From an uncultured Armatimonadia bacterium (GTDB taxonomy: Bacteria > Armatimonadota > Zipacnadia > CAZGSV01), in contig CAZGSV010000002.1 in assembly GCA_964528605.1 (NCBI GenBank), positions 14,563-78,562 on the forward strand: a DNA stretch of 64,000 bases, given 5' to 3'. Position 1 is the first letter of the stretch, and each line of letters opens with the position of its first letter. This document shows, piece by piece, positions 1 to 7,827 of the stretch. The translations under genes and the position numbers were made by a program. A model generated the notes under the pieces. That model saw only the letters and a program-made list of their open reading frames with translations. It made no database searches and had not been told where the DNA came from.

Positions 1-1
1 C

Positions 2-1939
2 GTCTACACCGAGCCGCAGACTTTCTGGTTCCCGCTCGCGCCCGAGATACCGCGGACCTACGAGGCGTGCATGCAGGAGTTGGCCCGCCTCGAGCGCGAG
101 GGCAATCACGTTGAGAAGCGGCGCGCCCTCGCCACGCGCACCTCGGCCATCTTCGACCGCGACGGCAACTCCTTCGTCACCACCCACGACGCGCCTTGGT
201 GCAACGGCGGTGTCTTCGGCCTCAACCCCGACCCGGAGGTTCCCGGCGTTCTGCCGGGCGCCCCGTCGGGCTGCCCGGGCATCAACCAGTACGACGTGGA
301 CTGGGAGCAAGTGTGGTCCGGCTTCGAGCGCGCCGCTCGTGGCGGTATCCCCGGCTGGAACCCATACGGCGACGGAGCGGCGCCCGATGTCAACATGAAG
401 CACGGCGGCGAGCAGTCCGCGCGCTGCTTCTCAGCCGAGCCCGGTGGCAACGCCGGCCTCTCGCGGACCGTGTTTCTGAATCAGACGGAGGCGCGGGCGC
501 TCCACTTCTCCGGCTGGAGCCGCGCCGAGAACGTGACCGGGCAAGCGGACGCGGACTACTCCCTCTACCTTGACCTCGCCTACGCCGATGGCGACCACCT
601 GTTCGCGCAGATCGCGCCCTTTGCGGTCGGCACGCACGATTGGGAGTTCGCGGAGTTCACCGTCCACCCGGCAAAGCCCGTGCAGCAGGCGACGCTCAAC
701 GCGCTTTTCCGGCGCAATCACGCGGGCACGGTCTGGTTCGATGACCTGCGGCTCTCCGCCGCCGGCTCGGAGGAGAACCTGCTCGGCAACCCTGGCTTGG
801 AAGCCGCAGACACGCCCCCCCCTGAACTCGACGGCGCCTACATTGACTCCATCGAGGGCTGGAGTGACATTCCCAACTTCCGCCGCCAGCACTTCGCCGC
901 TGCCGACGTGCCCCTCACTTTCGATACCGAGACGAAGCGCCCCCTCATTCTCAATGTCTTCTCCATCTACGAGGGCGTGGGGGCGCTCGCGGACGAGATG
1001 CATAAGCGCGGCAAGCTGATCATGGCGAATGCCGCGCTGTGGCGCTGGCCGTGGTGGGCGCATTACCTCGACGCAATGGGCACCGAGACCAACTGGCTCG
1101 CCGAGGGCGAGTACCGGCCCGACGACCATTCCGTCTTCGCCTATCGCCGCGCGCTCAGTTACCAGAAGCCGTACCTGCTGCTGCAGAACACGGACTACGA
1201 CCGCTTCGGGTCGGAGTTGGTCGAGCGCTACATGCAGCGGTGCCTTTTCTACGGTTGCTTTCCGGGGTTCTTCAGCCACGATGCGGCGACCGATCCTTAC
1301 TTCGGCAATCCGCGCTGGTACAACCGCGACCGCCACCTGTTCGCGAAGTACGTCCCGCTCATTCAGAGGATTCACAAAGCCGGTTGGGAGCCGGTGACCC
1401 ACGCGCGCGTCCTCCGCGCCAGCCCCGTATCCGCTGGCCTTGCCGGCCTCGGTCGCACATCCACGCCTCGTAGGGGCGGGATCTCATCCCGCCCGCGCAC
1501 CCCGACCCGCGGACGCGATAAGATCGCGTCCCTACCACCCGACGCTGGTGAGACCGCCCGTAGGGGCGAGCCGCTGGCTCGCCCGACCGTAGGAGCGGCA
1601 TTCCTGCCGCGAGCCCTCCTCAGGGCCGCGCCCGATGTGGCCCTCGTGTCTTTCCCCGACCAACGCGATCACGTCTTCGTTGAACGCTGGGGCCCTGGCA
1701 GGGGGGGCGACCTCTACTTCACCGTCTTCAACAATTCGCCCCACGCGGTGCAAGCCGAAATCCCGATAGACTTCGCGGCGCTTGGGCTGGCCCGCCCTGG
1801 TCCGGCAGAACCGTCCCCCTACACCTGCACCGAACTCGTTGCCGGCCGCGACCTGCCCCTTGGGCCCTCCCGCAGCGTCACGGTGCCCCTCGACCCCGAC
1901 TCCGCCGCGCTGCTGGACATCAGGCCGACCACGCCATAG
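2..1939 (+). CDS. Hypothetical secreted/carbohydrate-active-like protein with a CBM-like beta-sandwich region and a TIM-barrel-like region. It is 5'-partial, because the reading frame is open from nt 2.
   Basis: The ORF track gives 71..1939. The same frame is open upstream to the window edge (VYTEPQTFWFPLAPEIPRTYEAC then MQEL...). It carries a CBM4/9-like 'WFDDLRLS' signature and a C-terminal beta-sandwich-like tail. A low-complexity R/P/G-rich segment at codons ~455-525 coincides with a repeat cluster. Confidence 0.55.
   Translation, partial: VYTEPQTFWFPLAPEIPRTYEACMQELARLEREGNHVEKRRALATRTSAIFDRDGNSFVTTHDAPWCNGGVFGLNPDPEVPGVLPGAPSGCPGINQYDVDWEQVWSGFERAARGGIPGWNPYGDGAAPDVNMKHGGEQSARCFSAEPGGNAGLSRTVFLNQTEARALHFSGWSRAENVTGQADADYSLYLDLAYADGDHLFAQIAPFAVGTHDWEFAEFTVHPAKPVQQATLNALFRRNHAGTVWFDDLRLSAAGSEENLLGNPGLEAADTPPPELDGAYIDSIEGWSDIPNFRRQHFAAADVPLTFDTETKRPLILNVFSIYEGVGALADEMHKRGKLIMANAALWRWPWWAHYLDAMGTETNWLAEGEYRPDDHSVFAYRRALSYQKPYLLLQNTDYDRFGSELVERYMQRCLFYGCFPGFFSHDAATDPYFGNPRWYNRDRHLFAKYVPLIQRIHKAGWEPVTHARVLRASPVSAGLAGLGRTSTPRRGGISSRPRTPTRGRDKIASLPPDAGETARRGEPLARPTVGAAFLPRALLRAAPDVALVSFPDQRDHVFVERWGPGRGGDLYFTVFNNSPHAVQAEIPIDFAALGLARPGPAEPSPYTCTELVAGRDLPLGPSRSVTVPLDPDSAALLDIRPTTP
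1425..1640. repeat. Cluster of GC-rich palindromic repeat units (TAGGGGC / CCCTAC-flanked hairpins) lying inside the ORF 2..1939 and read in-frame.
   Basis: The hairpins are GGGCGGGAT-CTC-ATCCCGCCC, GGACGCGAT-AAG-ATCGCGTCC followed by CTAC, and GGGCGAGCC-GCTG-GCTCGCCC. The unit GTAGGAGCGGCATTCCTGCCGCGAG (1589..1613) recurs at ~20699, ~51841 and inverted at ~36439. Confidence 0.6.
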
Positions 1940-1979
1940 GGACTGGGCACGCCGCGCCCCTGCCGAACCGGCGTCACCG

Positions 1980-2366
1980 CTAGCCTAGCAGCGCCTTGAT
2001 CTTCTCGATGAGACCCTCGGCGCTGGCGAGGGATTCCTGCATTTCCTCGCGGCGCAGTTCGGACTCCGGCGTGCCCGGATACCGTTCCTCGAGGTAGTAC
2101 TCAGTGCTCTTCTGACACGCCGCTCGGAACTCCTCTAGGGAGGGCTCGTACGCGATGGCGTCGTCAAGGAGCGCCTCGAGATCGTGGATGCGGCGAAGCG
2201 CCCAGCCCTTGGAGAGCAGATAACCCTTCAGGTACTTCTCCATGGACTGCTGGATGTTGAAGCCCGCACCGATGAGGTCCTCGAGTGCGAGCAGGTTGCG
2301 CGCGCGCTGTAAGTCGCCCTCGGCGATGCGGAACCAGTGTGGCGGATGCAGGGAGTCCTTACGCAT
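1980..2366 (-). CDS. HEPN-domain protein, the toxin partner of the MNT nucleotidyltransferase.
   Basis: It has an internal ATG at 2366 (MRKDSLHPPHWFRIAEGDLQRARNLL...). The HEPN-like motif is ...KGWALRRIHDLEALLD. It overlaps the stop of the upstream MNT gene by 8 nt. The N-terminal 37 codons of the 1980..2477 track ORF overlap the MNT coding sequence and are probably not translated. Confidence 0.75.
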   Translation of the reverse strand: MRKDSLHPPHWFRIAEGDLQRARNLLALEDLIGAGFNIQQSMEKYLKGYLLSKGWALRRIHDLEALLDDAIAYEPSLEEFRAACQKSTEYYLEERYPGTPESELRREEMQESLASAEGLIEKIKALLG

Positions 2367-2691
2367 CGTACAGGACCACTCCCCCTCCGATGATCTCCTC
2401 CACGAACCCCTGGCGCACGACCAGTCGCTGCTCCAGTTCGCGCGGGGTGAGGACAATGGCGTCGAACGGCATGCCACGCCGCGCGTCGGAGACCAGACGC
2501 CTGACCGCCACCCTCCGGTCTATGGGCCGTTCGTCCGTCTCCTTGATGATGAGCAAGTCAATGTCGCTGTCGCGGTCGGGCGTGCCGTAAGCGTAGGAAC
2601 CGAAGAGGATGATCTTCTGCGGCTTGTAGGCGGCGACCAGCCTGTCAACGATCGCCTTGATGGTCTCGCCAACCTCGGTATCGGCCAGCAT
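2359..2691 (-). CDS. Minimal nucleotidyltransferase (MNT, Pol-beta superfamily), the antitoxin partner of HEPN.
   Basis: It has the GSYAYGTPDRDSDIDLLI nucleotidyltransferase motif. It is 110 aa and is translationally coupled to the downstream HEPN gene. Confidence 0.85.
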   Translation of the reverse strand: MLADTEVGETIKAIVDRLVAAYKPQKIILFGSYAYGTPDRDSDIDLLIIKETDERPIDRRVAVRRLVSDARRGMPFDAIVLTPRELEQRLVVRQGFVEEIIGGGVVLYDA

Positions 2692-2848
2692 TTGCGTAGC
2701 ACCAGTCGGGTCCCCGCGTGTCAGCGACTCCCACGCCTCGGCCCGGGCGCATTATATGCGCGAGTGGGACGGGGGGACAAGGAGGGGCGGGAGGGCGGAG
2801 GACCAGCAGGCAGTAGGTGGTAGTCGGTGAGGGGCGGCCACGCCGAGT

Positions 2849-2938
2849 CGCCCCTACGGGCGGGCCGTCCTACGGCGGGTAAACCGGGCCGCGCGCCCCT
2901 ACGAGGTGGGCCCCCGACTGGGTCGGGGCCCCTACGGA
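2849..2938. repeat. Intergenic cluster of tandem CCCTACGG-containing GC-rich hairpin units.
   Basis: The sequence reads gcccctacgggcgg / gccgtcctacggcgggtaaaccgg / gcgcccctacgaggtgg / GGGCCCCGAC-TGG-GTCGGGGCCC / cctacggagg. The stop of CDS 2932..4293 falls inside it. Confidence 0.5.
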
Positions 2939-4293
2939 GGAGGCAGGCGGAGGGAGAGGTTGGTTCGGCCGGCGGGGAGGTCGAAGGTTGCGAGCAGGAC
3001 TTGGCCGCCGATCTCCTTCAACGCGACGTTGGCATCGGGTTTCTGTCTGGCTTCGGCCGAGGCGGCGGCCTTGGGGTAGTCGCCCCAGAGGGCGAGGCCG
3101 TAGCGAATGGGCCGCTCGGCGCGGGCGCACACGTTGATGGTCTCAATGCCTGCGGAGGATGACCGCTCAATCTCAAACTCAGGCAGGGATTCCTCAGCGG
3201 CAAACTCAATTGCCTCGGTGTCGGCCGCCGCCAAGTAGTTGCGCGCGGCAATGGGCAAGGGCTGATCGCGATCGAAGAACAATTGACAACGGTCGTCGCA
3301 GTAGACGAGCACCTCGGGCCAAGGGCCGCGCGGATCGGCCGCGACCGGGATGTCTTCAAAGAGCATGTAGGTCGCGGGCTGGCGAAGGAAGCGGCGCTTG
3401 AACTCCGCGACTGCTCGCGGCAGCGACACCGCTTGCACGTCCGGCAGCGAAGCAACGTAAGCGAAGAGCCGCTCCAGCATCGCCGCCGTGCGATCCACTG
3501 TCTCCTGCGTGAAGCCGTTGTGCACGATGCCCGTCTCCATCTCGTGCGCCTCTTGGTGCTGAAGGAAGGGGATGAAGTCGTTCCACGCCGTGTTGCGGCG
3601 GTACTGATCGAGGAAGGCGCGCCAGTAGGAGATATCGGTCGCGGTGCAGAGGCGGTTGTTGTCGGCGTCGTTGGGATCGGTGGAATAGACCTCGGGCTTG
3701 CCGGTGCGGAAGGCCTTGTTGAGGTCGCGCGCGGTCCACTCGCAGGCGACGACCTTGCCTGGGTAGCAGGCGGGCGCCTTGAAGGCCTCGCGGGAGGCGT
3801 AGTAGAAGCCCCAGGGCGCGCCGCGGTCGGTGATGTTGTCCACGTAGGCCTGCTCCCAGCAGTGACCCCACAAGCCATCGAAACCCAAGTCTTCGAGAGC
3901 GGCGACCATGGTGTTGCTGCGGTAGCCTCCGCCGGCGACGGTGACCCTGGCCCAAGGGAGTGCCTCGACCACACCCCGCGCCTCCCGTTCGATCTTCTCG
4001 CGCATGCCCTCGTAGTCGAGCGAGACGAAGTACTCGCGCTCGGCCTGACCGGTGCGGGCTTCGGGCGGCGCGCCCAGGTAGACTCCGACCTCGTCGCCGA
4101 ACTCTTGGTGCCATCCAGTTAGGGGCTCGGCCATCTCGCGCGCCGAGCGAGGGCTGACGAGCCAGGTGACGGGTATCCGGCGCCCGTGTGCCAGTTCGCC
4201 AAGCAGTTCCATGCCCTGGCGCGGCGTGCCGTAGCCCCAGGAACGCTCCACGAAGTAGGCCGAGGACACAAAGGTGTAGAGGAAATCTCCCAT
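2932..4293 (-). CDS. Hypothetical protein, possibly with a polysaccharide-deacetylase or GH57-like fold.
   Basis: It is a 454-aa ORF starting at the internal ATG 4293 (MGDFLYTFVSSAYFVERSWGY...). The 41 codons upstream are low-complexity P/A/G-rich. There are no conflicting genes. Confidence 0.5.
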   Translation of the reverse strand: MGDFLYTFVSSAYFVERSWGYGTPRQGMELLGELAHGRRIPVTWLVSPRSAREMAEPLTGWHQEFGDEVGVYLGAPPEARTGQAEREYFVSLDYEGMREKIEREARGVVEALPWARVTVAGGGYRSNTMVAALEDLGFDGLWGHCWEQAYVDNITDRGAPWGFYYASREAFKAPACYPGKVVACEWTARDLNKAFRTGKPEVYSTDPNDADNNRLCTATDISYWRAFLDQYRRNTAWNDFIPFLQHQEAHEMETGIVHNGFTQETVDRTAAMLERLFAYVASLPDVQAVSLPRAVAEFKRRFLRQPATYMLFEDIPVAADPRGPWPEVLVYCDDRCQLFFDRDQPLPIAARNYLAAADTEAIEFAAEESLPEFEIERSSSAGIETINVCARAERPIRYGLALWGDYPKAAASAEARQKPDANVALKEIGGQVLLATFDLPAGRTNLSLRLPPP

Positions 4294-4518
4294 GGGCGCT
4301 TCCTGCCTTTCTTGGGCGAGCCCCAGTGTAGCGCGGCAGAGCCAACAGCGGAACGGCCGAGCAGGGCCGCTTGGGGGGGCAGGCGGAGCCGCCGATCCGC
4401 CGCCGGGGGGAAGCATTGCGGCCGCAGGCCGCAGGGGTTAAAATCAGGCGCGCGATGGGAGCAGCAAGGAAAGTCATCGCGCGAAGGCGGCGCTGTCAGC
4501 CGCAGGGCGGGTGGTGCG

Positions 4519-5055
4519 TTGGTGTACGGACTTGTTAACTTCCTAAAGGAACTGGGCAGCGGCACCGTCTTCTTCGTGCTTGTGCCGGCTGCGGTGCTCA
4601 TCGCGGCACTGGTGATCTGGCGGCTGGCGGAGTTGTATGGCGAGGAACTTATCACCATAGGCGAGTTCGTGGTGGTGGTGTCCTTGCTGCTCTCGGTCAT
4701 CATGTACCTGGTGGCCAACTGGCGGGATACCGCGCCCTACATAGCGGCTGCAGCGTATCTCACGTGGTTTCTCATCTACGTCCACTTACGAGAGGGCAGC
4801 CGGAGGCGGGTGAAGGTAAGTTACGAACAGATTAAGGCCAGCTTGACAGAAGTGCGGCAGGCGGGCCTGCGCAAGGAAGCAGAGAAGCGGGCCCGCACGG
4901 CTCGGGCCGAGAGGTCTGCCCGCTCCGCGGACGACAAGGATGCGGAGGAACGGGTCGCAGTCTGCCCGTTCTGCAAGAGGGAAAGCCTTATCGTGCGGGG
5001 CAAGTGCATGGGCTGCGGGCAGAACGTCTCCAAGGCGCGGGAGTTGCTGGATTGA
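4519..5055 (+). CDS. Small membrane protein with a C-terminal coiled coil and a C4 zinc ribbon.
   Basis: A GTG at ~4519 precedes two hydrophobic helices (VYGLVNFLKELGSGTVFFVLVPAAVLIAALVIW...). The zinc ribbon is CPFCKRESLIVRGKCMGCG. The upstream part of the 4186..5055 track ORF is antisense to the previous gene. Confidence 0.4.
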   Translation: MVYGLVNFLKELGSGTVFFVLVPAAVLIAALVIWRLAELYGEELITIGEFVVVVSLLLSVIMYLVANWRDTAPYIAAAAYLTWFLIYVHLREGSRRRVKVSYEQIKASLTEVRQAGLRKEAEKRARTARAERSARSADDKDAEERVAVCPFCKRESLIVRGKCMGCGQNVSKARELLD

Positions 5056-5113
5056 GGTTCGTTGCGCTGCTCGCGCAGGCCCTGCTCAACGCACCCAAGC
5101 GCTGAACGCGACC

Positions 5114-6388
5114 ATGGGGCGCGCGTTGCTGCTTTTCGTGTTGGGGAGCGTTCTCTGCCTCTGCCTGGCGGGGGGGGAGGCGTTGGCCCAGCAGCCGGCG
5201 GCGCCGTCTGACGAGCCCGGCGTAGTCACCACGGTCGTCCTGCGCGCCAATCAGTTCCCCGCCGCGGCCAGAGTCATACGCCTGCGCTGCAAGGAAGAGG
5301 ACACGCAGGGCGCGCCTTACTTCCTGATGCCGGGAGCGCCGCCAGCGGCCGGGCAGGCGCTGTCGCTCGCGCACAAGTGCATCGCCCTGCTGCCCCAGAT
5401 GATGTTCCCCATTCCGCCCGCCTACATGCAGGGCAACCGCATCTCGGTCGCCTTCCCCGACAAGGAGCAGGCCAGCGCGGATGATACGCTGCCGCTGGCC
5501 TATTTGGTGGACCTCTATGCAGCGTTGAGCAAGGCGCCGCTGCTCGCGGGGGTGGCGGTGGTCGGCGCGCTGCGGCCCGATGGCAGCCTGGCAAAGGTCT
5601 CCAACTTCGACCTGTTGGCGCAGGCCGCCGCCCAAGCGAGGATACCGACCTTGGTGGCGCCGGCCGACAATCTGGAGGACTGGAACGCGCTGCCGGCCGA
5701 GGTGCGGCTAGGGCTGCGGGTGGTCTTGGTGCGAAACACCGCGGCCGCGCTGTGGCATGTGCTCGGCCCATACGGTCCCTACGGCCAGGCCTACAACGCC
5801 GCGGCCGAGGCCTACCGCAGCGCCGTCAACCTGGCGCTCAGCGAACGCTACCAGGAGGCCCAGCAGGCGCTGGCGGCCCTGGCGGCCCAGATGCCGGAGG
5901 ACACCTCCCTGGGAGTGTGGCTGCAGTTCGTCCAAGGCCGGCAGCGACTGCTGCAACTGCAGGGCCACCTTCAGAGAGCGCGCGAGGCCCTCGAAGCCGG
6001 CGACCTGGAGGTGGCGCGGCAGGCGATTGACCAGGCTCTGAGCCTGGACCCCAACTCGCAGGAGGCCCGCAGCCTGAAGGAGCAGACGCTGCTGTGCATG
6101 AACGACTTCACCCCCCCCGAGGTCTGGGTCAGCCTAGAGGAGGGCAGCGAGGTCAGCGGCACGGTGCCCATAACGGTGAAAGGCAAGGACGACTACCGCC
6201 TGGTCAAGTTGAGCCTTTTCGTTGACGGAGAGCCGCTGGCGGAGTGGGCCACCTCGCCCGGACAGGTATCTTTGGACACGACCTCTCTCGCGCCCGGCAG
6301 ACACGTCCTCACCCTTGAGGGGCGGGACGTGGCGGGCAACGTGAGCCGGCGGGAAGTCGTGTTCAGCGTAGTCTCCACAGCCGAGTAG
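5114..6388 (+). CDS. Secreted multi-domain protein with a Lon-protease-like C-terminal domain that appears to lack the catalytic Ser, followed by a TPR-like region and a C-terminal bacterial Ig-like domain.
   Basis: Signal peptide MGRALLLFVLGSVLCLCLAGGEALAQQ. The stretch AVVGALRPDGSLAKVSNFDLLAQAAAQARIPTLVAPADN matches the Lon S16 C-terminal pattern (...AMTGEITLRGrvLPIGGLkEKllaA..GIktviiPeeN). The position of the DGPSAG Ser motif reads DDTLPLA. Confidence 0.5.
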   Translation: MGRALLLFVLGSVLCLCLAGGEALAQQPAAPSDEPGVVTTVVLRANQFPAAARVIRLRCKEEDTQGAPYFLMPGAPPAAGQALSLAHKCIALLPQMMFPIPPAYMQGNRISVAFPDKEQASADDTLPLAYLVDLYAALSKAPLLAGVAVVGALRPDGSLAKVSNFDLLAQAAAQARIPTLVAPADNLEDWNALPAEVRLGLRVVLVRNTAAALWHVLGPYGPYGQAYNAAAEAYRSAVNLALSERYQEAQQALAALAAQMPEDTSLGVWLQFVQGRQRLLQLQGHLQRAREALEAGDLEVARQAIDQALSLDPNSQEARSLKEQTLLCMNDFTPPEVWVSLEEGSEVSGTVPITVKGKDDYRLVKLSLFVDGEPLAEWATSPGQVSLDTTSLAPGRHVLTLEGRDVAGNVSRREVVFSVVSTAE

Positions 6389-6414
6389 CACTGCGAAGGA
6401 TCGTCATCAACACA

Positions 6415-7800
6415 ATGCAGACAGCGTCAAAGAGACTGCCGTTCAGGATCGTGTTGCCGGTGGCGGGCGCGGCCGCGGCGGCGGCCATGTTGTGCGGCGC
6501 CGCGGGGGGGGCCGCGGGCGAGGTCTCCAACCTGCTCATCGCCCTCGCCGTCATTCTTGTCGGCGGCCGCATCGCCGGCGAACTCTTCGAGCGCATCCAC
6601 ACGCCCTCGGTGATGGGCGAACTGGTCTTCGGCGTGCTGCTGGGCAACTTGTCGGTGATCGGCATCACACGCCTAGAGTTCATCAAGGCCGACCCCTTGG
6701 TGAGCGCGCTCGCCGATCTGGGGGTAATCCTGTTGCTCTTCTACGTGGGAGTGCAGTCCCGCATCAGGGAAATGCTGGCCGTCGGCTGGTCGGCGTTTGC
6801 CGTGGCCACGCTGGGCATCATTGCCCCCGCGCTGCTCGGCTGGGGCGTTTCCTGGTGGCTGCAGCCGCACGCACCTCCCCTGACGCACGTGTTCGTGGGC
6901 ACGATACTGTGCGCCACCTCCGTGGGCATCACTGCCCGCGTGCTCACCGACCTGGGCTGCCTGCGCACGCCCGAGGCGCGCATCATACTGGGCGCGGCGG
7001 TCATTGACGACGTCCAGGGGCTGGTGGTGCTCGCCATCATGGCGGGCCTGGTACGCGCGGTGGCCGTCGGAGGCGAGAGCAGCGTGGCACTGTCCGCTGT
7101 GCAGGTCACGGCCAAGGCCGCGGTGTTCGTCGTCGGGGCGGTGGCCGTCGGCCGCTACTTGGCTCCGGCGCTGTTCCGCGTGGCGGCCTGGCTGCGGCCC
7201 GCCGGCTCGCGGCTGACGGTGTCTCTAGTCTTCTGCTTCGCCCTCGCCTGGCTGGCTCACGCCGTGGGATTGGCCTTCATCGTGGGCGCGTTTCTGGCCG
7301 GCCTGGTGATCGAGGAGCCCGAGGCGCCTCTAACCCAGGCGCACCCGCAAGGGCGGAATGCCGACACCGGAGCCCACCCGCCCCTGGGGCTCACCGACCG
7401 GCTGCATCCGATCGTGGGCTTTCTCGCCCCGGTGTTCTTCGTGCGCACGGGGGCCATCATGGACTTGTCGGCGTTCGCCTCCAAAGAGGGCGCACTGCTG
7501 GCATTGGCGCTGACCGCGGCTGCCGTCATCGGCAAGCAGGCTTGTGCCCTTGGAGTGCTGCAACGGGGGCTTGACCGCATTAGCGTAGGCATCGGGATGA
7601 TACCGCGCGGCGAGGTTGGGCTGATCTTCGCCACCATGGGGGCGACGCTGCTTCTGCCCGGCGGACAGGCGGTGGTGGACCACACCACCTACGGCGCCGT
7701 CATCGTGGTGGTGGTGGCGACTACGCTCATGGCGCCGCCTGTGTTACGCTGGTCGTTGCAGCGTGGAGCCGGCAAGAGAGCGCCGAGCCCCGACGGATGA
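6415..7800 (+). CDS. Cation:proton antiporter (Na+/H+ exchanger family, CPA1/CPA2-type).
   Basis: It has about 12 predicted TM helices. GELVFGVLLGNL and the IITLGAAVIDDVQGLVVLAI-type motifs are typical of Kef/NhaP-like exchangers. Confidence 0.8.
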   Translation: MQTASKRLPFRIVLPVAGAAAAAAMLCGAAGGAAGEVSNLLIALAVILVGGRIAGELFERIHTPSVMGELVFGVLLGNLSVIGITRLEFIKADPLVSALADLGVILLLFYVGVQSRIREMLAVGWSAFAVATLGIIAPALLGWGVSWWLQPHAPPLTHVFVGTILCATSVGITARVLTDLGCLRTPEARIILGAAVIDDVQGLVVLAIMAGLVRAVAVGGESSVALSAVQVTAKAAVFVVGAVAVGRYLAPALFRVAAWLRPAGSRLTVSLVFCFALAWLAHAVGLAFIVGAFLAGLVIEEPEAPLTQAHPQGRNADTGAHPPLGLTDRLHPIVGFLAPVFFVRTGAIMDLSAFASKEGALLALALTAAAVIGKQACALGVLQRGLDRISVGIGMIPRGEVGLIFATMGATLLLPGGQAVVDHTTYGAVIVVVVATTLMAPPVLRWSLQRGAGKRAPSPDG

Positions 7801-7827
7801 GCCGCGCCTGCACCGACAGGTGAGAGC

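Noticed and set aside
431-1402. 323-aa minus-strand ORF. Similar antisense ORFs are 3018..3974, 3356..4477, 11856..12857, 12202..12984, 15365..16129, 17315..18424, 28311..29186, 30916..31845, 33426..34490, 43138..44055 and 58930..59682.
   Set aside because: Each lies wholly inside a better-supported gene on the opposite strand and lacks recognisable motifs. This is the expected GC-driven open-frame artefact.
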